In this document: positions 26,160 to 38,914 of the stretch, piece by piece
How positions within the stretch are numbered: the stretch's first letter is position 1
How the letters are laid out: every line of letters begins with the position of its first letter
Assembly: GCF_902713615.1 (NCBI RefSeq)
Contig: NC_052162.1
Location: 110,015,811 to 110,079,810, forward strand
Length of the DNA: 64,000 bases
DNA from: Scyliorhinus canicula
Taxonomy: Eukaryota
Direction of reading: 5' to 3'
Translations under genes and position numbers: made by a program
The notes under the pieces: model-generated
Told to the model about the DNA's origin: nothing
The model's database searches: none
What the model saw: the letters and a program-made list of their open reading frames with translations, nothing else

Positions 26160-27720
26160 TGGAGCAGAATTGTCCGTTTCTGAGACTAAGTGCAAACGCC
26201 AACGCAGAAGTTGTGGACTTCCAAAACGGGTGCCCTACCTGGACCAATTCTGCTACTTTCGAGGGACCAGCACCGGTGCCACGTGGAACACAATCGATTC
26301 TAAAGAGAAATGTTTGCGCGACTGACAAGCTGCAACAACATACACACACTCCACTCCCAACACACGCTATCCCTGCCAACAAGACGGCAGTAAAAGAGTG
26401 GCACCTAGTAGCACCGACGGCGAGTTGGAGATGCTCCTGGACGCTGTGGAGGAGAGGAGGTTGAACCTGTACCCCGACTCAGGAAGGAAGATGCCAGCGT
26501 GCCTGGCGCAGTTGTTCGAGGCAGTCAGCACCACTAGCAGTACCGTCCGGGCCGGACGTCAGTGCGGAACAAACTGGATAAGCTCCTCAGAGTGAGTAGG
26601 CAGCACGTGTCCCTGGCACAAACCCGCGTCCCGGACACACCTATAACCCTATACGCCCCAACCCGGAGGTGGGTGAACCCCACACTGCACCACATGCTGG
26701 CACACGTGTCGGTTGCCATGGCCGGCTGACCTGGCCACTGAGGCCGCCACCTACCTTTGTGCTTCATGCGTCGGGCATTCTTATACTGTCATCTTCTGTT
26801 TCTGCACCAGCACCCCCGAAATGTCTGCACACAACCGCTGGGAGCGGAAGAAGGCAGGAGGGGCAGAACCGCACGTGCCCGTCACTGTGGTCGAACAGAA
26901 GGCCCTCCACGTGGTCGGCGGCCTGGAGGTAAGGGAGGTCACTGAGGTGGAGATCGGCCACAAGCGAGGAAGTGAGACCCCACTTAGTTGTGGTTTCCCA
27001 GGACACGTGTGTTACAGCGTGCGCAGAAGAAGAGCAGCAACGCCCTTTATTTTAAAAGAATCAGCAACAAATGTAATTCCTGTTTAAAAGAAAGAAAAAC
27101 AATTGTTAAATCGTCCGCATTCCAATGGAACACATGTCAAAAACGTTGTCTTCTGTTTTCTAACTAAATCTGTACTTGAAATGCCTGCTGTCAATGAGGT
27201 TACCAGTTGTCATCCCCCCACCCAACACCATCCATACACCATCCACAACCCACATCACCATCACCTACACTGCACCCACACACGTACCCCACCATCACCA
27301 TATCACAAACCGCAGCCCCATACTCGCCCTCTCAGCACCCTCAACCCGACACCACACTCACCCCACATCATCCTCACCCTACCACCTCACTCCCTATCCT
27401 ACACTACCTTCACCCCCATATCACAGCCAAACCACTCACCGAAACTCCAGCCACACGCCCTCTCCTAATCGCCCCGGGCCGTGGTCTAACCATGCGTACT
27501 GACGTGTGTCTTACAGGACCTGCTGGAGATCGGGCGTATCCATCAGGCACCCGCCACCCAGTCTCTGCCACAGCCGGAGCCCCCCGTGAACCGGTAGGTT
27601 ACGCGGCTGAGCAGTCGGGCCACGCTTACTCGGGCCACTGCCCCTTTTATTGCACCCAGATTGCATTCCATTCTGGAATACCGACGAAAATGTGGTCATA
27701 TCTCCTTCAGGACCAGCTGA
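26160..27720 (+). mobile_element. PIF/Harbinger DNA transposon relic carrying a spliced Myb/SANT-like (NAIF1/MSANTD-type) accessory gene, pseudogenised
   Basis: Exon 1 ~26384-26591 'APSSTDGELEMLLDAVEERR..LYP...AQLFEAVS..STVRAGRQC' (donor GTGAGT at 26592; start codon reads ACG). Exon 2 ~26820-26971 'AHNRWERKKAGG..EQKAL' (donor at 26972). Exon 3 from ttacag|27517. TIR-like start 'ggagcagaattgtcc'. Confidence 0.7.
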
Positions 27721-28478
27721 GTGAATAGGACACACAAGCTGCCAATTTACTCCTTGGTGATGTAACGAGTCACGCGCCAGCATGCTCGTATCTCTCCCGT
27801 GGAGCACCACCAAAGGAGGACGTGCACGTTGCTGATTATATTCGACAGAAATATACATAGGCAGATACATATAAAATACGAATAGAAGAAGTTAATTCGT
27901 CCCTTTGAGTCTGCTCCACCATTTACTATGGTCAGGGCTGATCATGAAGGTTCAAGACCCTGATACTACCGACCCCATATCACTTTATCGATTCATTAAA
28001 TAGAATTGCTTCCCGAAATTGCACAACGTTTGGCCTGAACTACATGTTGCAGTGGTGAATTCCACTCATTCACATCTCTCTCGTGAAAATATTTCACCTC
28101 AACTCAGCCCTGAAAGGTTTACCCATTATCCTGAAACTATAACCCCTCGTTCTGGACTCCCCCTCCATCGTGAGCATTCTTTCTGAATTTACTCTGTCTA
28201 ATCCTGTTAGAATGTTGTAAATGTCTATGAGAACTCATCTCAGTCTTCGAAGCTACAATCAATAAAATCCTACCAACTGTATCTCCTCATATGACAGTCT
28301 GTAATGCAATGAATCAACATGGGAAGCCTTCGCTGCTCTCCTTCTATAGCAAGAACACCAAAAGTGCACTCAATAGTCCAAGTGTGTCCTTACTAATGCC
28401 ATATACAATTGCAGTAAAACATCTCTATTCCTCCACTTAAATCCTCTTGCTCCAAAGATCAAAATATCAGTTGCCCTC

Positions 28479-28888
28479 TGGAAAAAGGAAATTAATGAAT
28501 TGCGAACTTAGAAGCATTCTGGGTCTGCTTGACTATGTTGAACATTGCTTTTGAACGAAAATAAGTAGGTCTGGTAACGTAAACAAAATACTGGTTAATA
28601 TTTTGGCCTCGGCCTTATTATGATAACACAATGTCCTCCGAAAGATAACAAAACGTGTACTCGCGTTGTTTTTAGCCATACTACATCCCATGGTCTATTT
28701 AGTATAAACGTGGCTGTTTACTTCAAACTATTATTTCAGACTATGAAGATATGCTTTCTTCGAGCGAATCTCAGAGTACTGAGGAATGGCTACTTAGCCA
28801 GACAGGCCTCTCTGCAAATATATTTGTGTCGAATAAATATCTTTGAACGAAACTCGAAGACTTTTTCTTTATTGTAAGTTCCACGACA
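28479..28888 (+). mobile_element. Solo LTR (410 bp)
   Basis: TG...CA ends, flanking 5-bp repeats ccctc/gcctc (1 mismatch), internal TATAAA and AATAAA; cleanly interrupts CR1. Confidence 0.7.
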
Positions 28889-29040
28889 GCCTCTTTATTG
28901 CCTGCTGTAGCTGCGCATTTACTGTCTGGAAAATACACGGGAGCACCAAAGTGTCTCGGAACATCCATCTATCTCAATGTACACCCATTCAATAAGAATC
29001 TGACATCTGTTTTTGCTACTCTAGCGGACACCATCACTTT

Positions 29041-29305
29041 TGTGAGGGCCAAGGAAAATCCAGCACGAGTTTTCAGGATACAAATAAATAACATTTATTT
29101 ACAATGACATATATATACAACAGCAGCAGCAACTTCCCTTGCTGCTCACTCCTCTCTCTCTGCTTGTTCCAAACTGGCTAGCTCTATTTATGCAGGGAGT
29201 CTGCTAATGATTTCTCCGCCCCGCTCATTGGGGAAGCTCATGCTCCCATAGGATTGTGGGATTGTCATTAGTCCCCAGCCAATGGTAAGCAGGCAGTTTA
29301 TAACA
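29041..29305 (-). mobile_element. Solo LTR (265 bp), Gypsy-like
   Basis: TG...CA ends; AATAAA and TATA-like motif on the minus strand; imperfect atcac/gtcac flanks; interrupts CR1. Confidence 0.7.
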
Positions 29306-30609
29306 GTCACATTTACCCATAGTATACAGCATATGCCATGCATATGGCTACTCCTTCAGCCTGTACAAATCCCGCCGAAGCATCTCTGCATCTTCCTCAC
29401 AACTCACCCTCTCACCAATCTTCGTGTCATGTGCAAATTTTGAGACATTTAGTTCCTCATCCAAATCATTAATATGTAATGCGAACCGTAGGGTCAGAGC
29501 ATAGACTCCTGTGGCACCCTACTAGTCACTCCCTGTCAATCAGAAAAAGACACATTTATTCCAACTTTTTGCTTCCTGCCTGCTAACCAGCTTTCGTTCC
29601 ATCTCAATACACATAGCTTAATCCCATACACATTAGATCGTAATCGACTATGTCAGACCTTGTCGAATGCGTCCTGAAAGTCTAAATAAACCACATCCAC
29701 TTTTTCTCCCTGGTCTGCTCCACTTGTTGGAACTTCAAAAAATGCTGGTAGGTTTGTCGCAAACCCATACTGACTTTGTCGATTACACCACTAATTTCCA
29801 CATACTGTTACGCAATCCTTGATGATTGACTCCAGTAACTTCCCTACAAGCGACATTAGGCAGGGCGGTCTATAGTTCCCTGTTTTCTCTTCACCCCCCT
29901 TTCTGAGTAGCGGGTTTATTTTAGACACCCTGCTGTCTGTAGGAATCATTCCAGATTCGAATGAAATTTGGAAAATTACCATGAATGAATCTACTATTGA
30001 TACGGTCACTTCCGTGAGACCTCTGGGGAGAAGCTTATCAAGCCCTGGATATTTGTCCGGCTTCAATCCCATTTATTTACTCTAAACAATTTATTTACTC
30101 TTACTAAATTTCCTTCACATCCTCACTGAAACGTGTGTACTCATGAATTCCGGCATGTTATTCATGTCTTCCTTTTTGAAGAGAGAAGCGAAGCACGAAT
30201 TAAATTCTTCAGCCATTTCTTTGTTCCCTCTTGTGAATTCCACCGCTTTTGGTTGTAAGGGACAACATTGTTTTTTTTAATCAATCTTTTTCTCTTGACA
30301 TACGTATAGTGACTTTACTTTCAGTTTTTTTATGTTAGTCGCGAACTTTCTTTCAAATTGTTTTTTTTACCTCTCAGCCAATCCTTTGGTCCGCATTTTC
30401 TGATTTTTTTCACTGTGCTCCATACTCTGGTGTATTGCTTTTTCTTGCTAATTTGTGAGAATTTTCTTTGAATTAATACTATCTCGAATTTCCCTTATCA
30501 AAAGTTTCCCTTAAACAATCGTTTGACCACAAGTACCTTTCTAGACTTGCACCAAATGGGCTAAAACAACTACAGGAGTTGAAGTGCCTGCTGTTTACAG
30601 CGGTTTCGT

Positions 30610-31907
30610 AATATTAGTGGCCAGCCGCGCATTGGTGTACAACAGAGTCAGTGATTGAAGTCCAGACCGAATGCGGACAAACATATGGCGGCTGGGTACA
30701 AACATTGCCGCCCTGTGTCGAGTTCCACCCAGGTGGGATGTCCATTAACTTGCAGGGATAAATGAATGGGCGTCTCTCTTGGTGCAAGCACGTAGTGAAA
30801 ATGCTGATCGGTGCGGTCTCGTGAGCCCTGTCACGTGGGGATCGGTCGCAACTGGAAGGACAGCGCGTCGGCATATCCTCACGAGTCCTTCTGTTACCCC
30901 TGTCCGTGCGAACCGTTGACATCCCGCTCTGTGGCGATCGTACTCCTGACCTCACGTTCAGGAGAGAATGTCCGGTCAAGCATCGGCCCCTATTCCTGCT
31001 GTAAGTGAGCAAGAATGTCTTTCGGCTTGGTGTCCCAGCTTGAGCACCGACATTCCTGAGAACTCCTGGATTCCTTGTTAGGAGCATTCACTGGAGGTGG
31101 CTATCTCTAACGCGTGTTTTTGGTTCAAGTGGGCCTCAGGTCGTAATTTCGTCAGTGCGGCCGTATTACAGAGTCCGCACACCGAGCGGTCCCGAAACAT
31201 CTAAAGTAATGTTGCTTCGAATTCGCATGTCTCCGCCAATTTTCGGAGGCGAGCCAGGAAGTCTTTCACTGACTGAATTTAGGCCTGATTTGCGGAACCG
31301 AAAGCAGCGGACAATGAGCAGTAGTATTTGGTCAAAACTTTCCCGAAGTGTACCACCATGACGACGAACGACTGGGTTCGGGTTCCCGGCGAATCCAGCT
31401 CTTTACCACACACCAGCAGGCCCTCCACAAGTCGCGAGTACCACCGACGTTTGTCTCTCATCGCTGATAATCGCATACGTCTTAAAATATTCCACATACA
31501 TTCGATGTATTGTCCCAATCGTCGGTACCTATTTTAAATGCTCCAGATTCCCGAGATGCGGCATTTCAGGGGTCCGTAGAGGGGCCACCAGAGGCATAGA
31601 CAAAGTGGACCTTACGCGTAACAACCCTTATCGATGACTACTCTACTCAATCTTCGTCGCTTCAGTACGCCGGGCGCATTAATAACAGATGGAAACTAAC
31701 GAAGAAGGTTTATTACGATACAGATCAAAACGTCCCAAATCTCCTCAGTTTCTCCTTTCCGAATTCCACTCAGGCTAGTGTTTTTATTGTGAGCTGGGGC
31801 TGTCACTGCTAAGGGAAAGCTCCGCCCCTTCAAATGGACAGTTCCAATTCCGGGGAAGTTCTGTGAAATCGTGTGGTCCTAATCCTGGGACCTCCACTGG
31901 GGTTACA
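30610..31907 (-). mobile_element. Truncated Gypsy LTR retrotransposon (5' LTR ~31665-31907, PBS, gag, protease)
   Basis: Minus strand starts TGTAACCCC; AATAAA in the LTR; PBS-like 'tgaagcgacgaag'; gag-like 'GQYIECM..KRR..LLVCG'; aspartic protease motif VELDTG at ~30710-30728. Confidence 0.7.
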
Positions 31908-32951
31908 GCACCGGCCAACTTCACCACTGGTAATGCCAAGTGGCCCCACCCAACTCCATATGTATATATATGTGCATATTTAATCCATACCTACATGGCA
32001 TACCTGGCATATAATAACACCATCGTCTGTGTCTCCATAGCTGTGTCTCTGTCGCATTTATAGTCATAACGTTATGTCAAGGAGAATTCAGGTCTTTCAG
32101 AAACTTCTCAATGCCCACTGCGAAGATATTTCAAATGTCTCAAAGATGTTTGTGGAATTTTTTTAACACGACCCCAACGAGAGTGGTTCAGAGATGAGGA
32201 GACTAGCAGATGACACAGACAGAGAGTGTGAAAAAGAATGAAAGAGAGAGACAAAGACTGGGAGAGGTACTGAGAAGCAAAGTCTGTCTAAATATTTTGG
32301 ACGCATGTGCAATTATTAGAAACCAAGCTGACGTTTTTCTCTCAATGCACAAGTTCACGTTTTCGTTCCAAAACCGTTTTTTGGTTACACTTCCGCTTGT
32401 TACGTGTCCAGTAAACAACTCAGTTATCGCTGAGTTTGAATTCCTGATGTACATATTTTCTTTCCCATCTTCATTTTTTTTAAAATCAGCCCCTGAACTT
32501 TGTCGGTTCCTTTAGGATTTGTTCAGCTTTGAGCTCTCAGCTGTTGGGGCAAGCATCCTTCCTTAATATCCTCCCATTTCCATAATTCTTGACATCTCAG
32601 TGAATCAAGATTTTTGCGACTACAATTGTTCGGTATTCCCATTAACTTTGTCTTGAGACTTACTTCTCATTTCATATCGCCTGAGTTCATTCATGCGTTC
32701 TCAGCCTGGCTCTGGTTTGAGGATTGGTGATCCGAGGTAAAATCTCCACCAGTCAGCTCTCCCGGTCAAAGGGAAAAGCAGCCTACGATAATCTGCGAAA
32801 TGGCGACTTCACTTCTGTTTTTGTTTGTCATTGAGTTGATCTTTCCAGTTGACGTCGGCAGAATAGTAGTTGCCAACGGAAAACATTTGATTCAATAATT
32901 ATTTACTAGAACCAAACTAGATCCTATTGGTTATTTCTATCAGTATAATCA

Positions 32952-33123
32952 GGGGTTGGTTTAGCTTACTGGGCTAAATCGCTGGCTTTTGAAGCAGACT
33001 AAGCAGGCCAGCAGCACGGTTCGATTCCCGTACCAGCCTGCCCGGACAGGCGCCAAGGGGCTTTTTACAGTAACTTCATTTGAAGCCTACTCGTGACAAT
33101 AAGCGATTTTCATTTTTTCATTT
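32952..33123 (+). mobile_element. Short tRNA-derived SINE with (TTTCA)n tail
   Basis: A/B boxes (tttagcttactgg, ggttcgattcc); same family as 38491, 52263 and 63398-63830. Confidence 0.88.
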
Positions 33124-33209
33124 ACCTTCCGTTTGGTCCAATTCCACCTTCCTAGGTCTGTTCCGTGCAACTAAATCTTGGGGTGTTGCATTTTTACTCC
33201 CAGAATTAA

Positions 33210-36200
33210 ATGTTATTTAAAATTTAGAGTACCCAATTATTTTTTTCCAATTAAGCAGCAAGTTTGCATGGCCAATCCAGCTGCCCTGCACATCTTTTAT
33301 TTTGTGGGAGCGAAACCCATGCAAACACGTAGAGAATGTGCAAACTCCACACGTTAGTGCTCTTTGGGGGGGTTTAAACTAATTCAGCAGGGGCATGGGA
33401 ACCTGGATTGTAGTTTTGGGGTACGGGAGATTGAGAGTATAGAGGTCAGGAGCACAGATTTGACTTCGCAGGAGGGTGCCAGTGTTCAGGTAGGTGGTTT
33501 GAAGTGTGTCTACTTCAATGCCAGGAGTATACGAAATAAGGTAGGGGAACTGGCAGCATGGGTGGGTACCTGGGACTTCGACGTTGTGGCCATTTCAGAG
33601 ACATGGATAGAGCAGGGACAGGAATGGTTGTTGTAGGTTCCGGGGTTTAGGTGTTTTAGTAAGCTCAGAGAAGGGGGCAAAAGAGGGGGAGGTGTGGCGC
33701 TGCTAGTCAAGGACAGTATTACGGTGGCGGAAAGGATGCTAGATGGGGACTCTTCTTCTGAGGTAGTATGGGCTGAGGTTAGAAACAGGAAAGGAGAGGT
33801 CACCCTGTTGGGAGTTTTCTATAGGCCACCTAATAGTTCTAGGGATGTAGAGGAAAGGATGGCGAAGATGATTCTGGAAAAGAGCGAAAGTAACAGGGTA
33901 GTTGTTATGGGAGACTTTAACTTTCCAAATATTGACTGGAAAAGATATAGTTCGAGTACATTAGATGGGTCGTTCTTTGTCCAATGTGTGCAGGAGGGTT
34001 TCCTGACACAATATGTTGACAGGCCAACAAGAGGCGAGGCCACATTGGATTTGGTTTTGGGTAATGAACCAGGCCAGGTGTTAGATCTGGAGGTAGGTAA
34101 GCACTTTGGAAACAGTGACCACAATTCGGTGACATTTACGTTAGTGATGGAAAGGGATAAGTATACCCCGCAGGGCACGAGTTATAGCTGGGGGAAGGGC
34201 AATTATGATGCCATTAGACATGACTTAGGATGTGTTGGTTGGAGAAGTAGGCTGCAAGGGTTGGGCACACTGGATATGTGGAGCTTGTTCAAGGAACAGC
34301 TATTGCATGTTCTTGATAAGTACGTACCAGTCAGGCAGGGAGGAAGGGGTCGAGCGAGGGAACCGTGGTTTACCAAAGAAGTGGAATCTCTTGTTAAGAG
34401 GAAGAAGGAGGCCTATGTGAAGATGAGGCATGAAGTTTCAGTTGGGGCGCTTGATAGTTACAAGGAAGCGAGGAAGGATCTAAAGAGAGAGCTGAGACGA
34501 GCAAGGAGTGGACATGAGAAGTCTTTGGCAGGTAGGATCAAGGAAAACCCAAAAGCTTTCTATAGGTATGTCAGGAATAAAAGAATGACTAGGGTAAGAA
34601 TAGGGCCAGTCAAGGACAGTGGTGGGAAGTTGTGTGTGGAGGCTGAGGAGATAAGCGGGATACTAAATGAATACTTTTCATCAGTATTCACTCAAGAAAA
34701 AGATAATATTGTGGAGGAGAATGCTGAGACCCAGGCTATTAGAATAGATGGCATTGAGGTGCGTAGGGAAGAAGTGGTGGCAATTCTGGACAAGGTGAAA
34801 ATAGATAAGTCCCCGGGGCCGGATGGGATTTATCCTAGGATTCTCTGGGAAGCCAGGGAAGAGATTGCTGAGCCTTTGGCTTTGATTTTTAGGTCATCAT
34901 TGGCTACAGGAATAGTGCCAGAGGACTGGAGGATAGCAAATGTGGTCCCTTTGTTCAAGAAGGGGAGTAGAGATAACCCCGGTAACTATAGGCCGGTGAG
35001 CCTAACGTCTGTGGTGGGAAAGGTCTTGGAGAGGATTATAAAAGATACGATTTATAATCATCTAGATAGGAATAATATGATTAGGGATAGTCAGCATGGT
35101 TTTGTGAAGGGTAGGTCATGCCTCACAAACCTTATCGAGTTCTTTGAGAAGGTGACTGAACAGGTAGACGAGGGTAGAGCAGTTGATGTGGTGTATATGG
35201 ATTTCAGTAAAGCGTTTGATAAGGTTCCCCACGGTCGGCTATTGCAGAAAATACAGAGGCTGGGGATTGAGGGTGATTTAGAGATGTGGATCAGAAATTG
35301 GCTAGTTGAAAGAAGACAGAGAGTGGTAGTTGATGGCAAATGTTCAGAATGGAGTTCAGTTACGAGTGGCGTACCACAAGGATCTGTTCTGGGGCCGTTG
35401 CTGTTTGTCATTTTTATAAATGACCTAGAGGAGGGCGCAGAAGGATGGGTGAGTAAATTTGCAGACGACACTAAAGGCGGTGGAGTTGTAGATAGTGCGG
35501 AAGGATGTTGCAGGTTACAGAGGGACATAGATAAGCTGCAGAGCTGGGCTGAGAGGTGGCAAATGGAGTTTAATGTGGAGAAGTGTGAGGTGATTCACTT
35601 TGGAAAGAATAACAGGAATGCGGAATATTTGGCTAATGGTAAAATTCTTGGTAGTGTGGATGAGCAGAGGGATCTCGGTGTCCATTTACATAGATCCCTG
35701 AAAGTTGCCACCCAGGTTGATAGGGTTGTGAAGAAGGCCTATGGTGTGTTGGCCTTTATTGGTAGAGGGATTGAGTTCCGGAGCCATGAGGTCATGTTGC
35801 AGTTGTACAAAACTCTAGTACGGCCGCATTTGGAGTATTGCGTACAGTTCTGGTCGCCTCATTATAGGAAGGACGTGGAAGCTTTGGAACGGCTGCAGAG
35901 GAGATTTACCAGGATGTTGCCTGGTATGGAGGGAAAATCTTATGAGGAAAGGCTGATGGACTTGAGGTTGTTTTCGTTAGAGAGAAGAAGGTTAAGAGGT
36001 GACTTAATAGAGGCATACAAAATGATCAGAGGGTTAGATAGGGTGGACAGCGAGAGCCTTCTCCCGCGGATGGGGGTGGCTAGCACGAGGGGACATAGCC
36101 TTAAATTGAGGGGTAATAGATATAGGACAGAGGTCAGAGGTGGGTTTTTTACGCAAAGAGTGGTGAGGCCGTGGAATGCCCTACCTGCAACAGTAGTGAA

Positions 36201-36453
36201 CTTGCCAACATTGAGGGCATTTAAAAGTTTATTGGATAAGCATATGGATGATAAGGGCATAGTGTAGGTTAGATGGCCTTTAGTTTTTTTTTCCATGTCG
36301 GTGCAACATCGAGGGCCGAAGGGCCTGTACTGCGCTGTATCATTCTATGTTCTATGTTCTATGTTCTACGTACAGTGATCCAGAGCCGGATCGAGCCTGG
36401 GACCTCTGCGCTGTGAGGTAGCAATGCTAACCACTGCGCCACCGTGCTGCCTC
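33210..36453 (-). mobile_element. A-tailed HE1-like SINE split by a young CR1 (halves 33210-33354 and 36368-36453)
   Basis: The halves join as ...caaactccacacgt|acagtgatccagagccgg...; ACGT is duplicated at both junctions. Confidence 0.85.
33355..36367 (+). mobile_element. Young CR1 (HER1-like) LINE: ORF1 tail plus complete ORF2 with a single nonsense codon
   Basis: ORFs 33364..33636 and 33694..36267 are in frame, separated by one TAG (33634-33636). APE endonuclease (NARSIRNK, ISETW, GDFN, SDH), RT (QHGF, DFSKAFD, GVPQGSVLGP, FADD), (CTATGTT)n tail. Confidence 0.97.
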
Positions 36454-38490
36454 GCCATATTAAACTTGAATGTTGGCCAAGGGATTGCCCTATGCAATCT
36501 AAATAATTCAATAGATTGTTTTTGAGAAAATTGTCTGTTTCAGGGAAATGTGAGGTGGAATATTTTACTTGTAATTTCTTGGACCTGACTAGCAAGGGAG
36601 GGATGTATGCAGAGATGATAAATCAACGGTACTTCGATAAAGTTTAAGATGCCTCCCAGTATTTTAATAGCAATATTGTCAGATATCTTGCAACTTGCCT
36701 CATACAATGTACATTAAGCCTTCTATGTTTCTGACGGCTAGTCAACTACTTCAATGTTACAAGAGGATGCACGTTTACAGAAATCTGTAATCCAATAAAA
36801 GTCTAATTTTCTTGCCTCAAACTGAAGGTATAAGATCTATTGTATTTTGCAAATTGGAATAAGAACTAGCATTCCTGTGTCGCGAACAATAAGGTTCGTA
36901 GTGCGCAGACATGATATATAGTTGTTTAATTTGAGGTGCAGGATTTGATCGGTTGAAAAAGCGATGATTGGAATATTCTATTTGGTGGATCGGCTCACTG
37001 GAAAATCCCGAAGAGAATGATATCGTTCAAGCGATTCTGCCGCGCTCACCCTTGAAATGCATGCACAATGTCATTAGAGAAATCATCAAATACAAAATGG
37101 AATATGCCAGAACTTCAGATTAAATGAATGAAGCCATATTCTACCCTAGGATATACTTATTTTCTACATTGCACTGGAATATCGGGAGAGTCTCAGACGT
37201 GTTATTGTGAATTTGAATTCTGTCATTTTCTATTATTGAATGTCGAAAAAGAATGAATTCAAGGATGGAATAATTCGCCTGCGCCCCAAACACAACTCCG
37301 CCCCCTCCCTCCTCCCGTAAAACTGGTGTGATTACATGTACGTGAGCGTACCAATGGGAGTTTGCATTTTGCTCTATTTATGAACTCTTTTATGTCGTGA
37401 TGTACATTGTCACAACTTTGGTCTTGAGATACAAATAGACAGCATTGCCATCTGTGTCACGGAGGTGTGAAATGAAAACGAAATCTGAGTGTCTGAAGTG
37501 AATGGAAAAATGGTGACATTTGGATATCGTTGCAGCACAATGTGAGTTCTTTGACAAAAAATAAAATATGCAGATTCAGTCATAATGGTGACAATCTGGA
37601 AATAATGGATGTTCAACAATATTTAGCGGTGCGCCAAGTGGGAAATTACGGGATTATGAAACAATACCAGTGAGGTTCACATTCCATTGACATTTTAAGA
37701 CTGCAGGTGGTGTGATCAAAGTTTTCAAAATAATAATGGAAACTGAGAGCATGTGTCGAGAGAATATTGCTTGGCCATTGCAGGGTCTAGGACTAGGGTT
37801 GTATTCGCAAATTAAAACAGTAGACTGAATTTTTTCAAGACTAAATTTAAGAAACATTTCTTCACATAATAGAAGTTTAGTACTGACTCTCTCTCTCTCA
37901 ATTCCCCAGTTGCACCATTCTGCAAATCTGCCTCCAATATATGTTTTCCTTTCATTCCGAGAAATTGAACATCCCCAATATTGATTGCTTCACTGTTGGT
38001 GGCCATGCTCTCGCCTATCTGGTGTCTAACGCTGGAAATACTCCCTAAACCTCGAAGTGTCAACATTCCCGTTTCCCCCTCCAGAACATTTCTAAAATCG
38101 ATCTTTGGCTAAACAATTGGTCGTTTATCCATGATTTTCGCATTGGCTAAGAATTGTCCGTTTCTGTGTGAGGCTCCAGTGAATATTCCTTCGACTTCAA
38201 TAAATGCAAATGCCTTTTAAAAAAAACTGTTATCTTGTGTGCATCCTGACAGTTTCTGCCCATGTCCTGCAGACTGTAAGTAGAAGAGAAATATACACTC
38301 CGATCAGCTACTCTATGTCTGAAGTTTCTCAGACTCAACTCCTGTCCATGTTAAATACACTACACATGACCGAGAATTGTCACTGACATCTGATAACACA
38401 CGTTTTCTGTTTGACTGTGTCATGTCCACCCCTATACAGTCCAGGTAAAGAAGAGTATCACCCCTCATTTCTTAGTACACTTGCCATCTA

Positions 38491-38675
38491 GGGGCTGTTT
38501 AGCAAAGGGCTAAATCGCTGGCTTTGAAAGCATGCCAAGCAGACCAGCAGCACAGTTCTATTCCTTTACAGCCTCCCCGAACAGGCGTCGGAATGTGGCG
38601 ACTAGGAGCTTATCACAGTAATTTCATTTGAAGCCTACTCGTGCCAATAAGCGATTTTCATTTTCATTTCGTTTC
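38491..38675 (+). mobile_element. Short tRNA-derived SINE
   Basis: Same family as 32952-33123. Confidence 0.85.
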
Positions 38676-38914
38676 ATCTGGTTTCTTGTGTTAGTGCCAG
38701 CTCCAGTTTATATTTCATATAGTTCAGGGGAAAGCGAATGATTTCCACACCTTTCATACCCCGTTTCATGTTGCTTCCAGTGTCATCTCCTCTCTCGGTC
38801 CATCACACTTCACGTGAAACAGAATATTCACTGCCACCTGTTACAGCACATCCCTTGTGCATCGAAGTGTCAGCTCCGTCCGTGGGTGCAAACCTCAGAA
38901 TTTCACTTCAATCT

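Larger units (their letters stand above)
27870..30600 (-). mobile_element. Old CR1 LINE carrying two solo-LTR insertions
   Basis: 'PDKYPGLDKLLPR..GNYRP..SLVGKLLESIIKD' (29791..30072); the sequence is continuous across both inserts. Confidence 0.8.

Noticed and set aside
27103-27728. His/Pro/Thr-rich ORFs in all three frames
   Set aside because: Low-complexity C/A-rich transposon intron that lacks stop codons by composition.
32952-33030. tRNA genes at SINE heads (also 16938, 52263, 62077)
   Set aside because: A/B boxes run on into SINE bodies and tails; no complete cloverleaf.
33694-36267. 857-aa ORF as a host gene or novel RT system
   Set aside because: Standard CR1 ORF2 with a 3' tail, TSD and a second copy in the window.
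35091-36296. Antisense ORFs repeated at 59167-60336 and in other CR1 copies
   Set aside because: Shadow frames of the CR1 RT; they recur only because the element is repeated.
26166-38166. 17-bp exact match agaattgtccgtttctg at 26166 and 38150 as transposon ends
   Set aside because: Same orientation rather than inverted, no extension, and plausible by chance in 64 kb.
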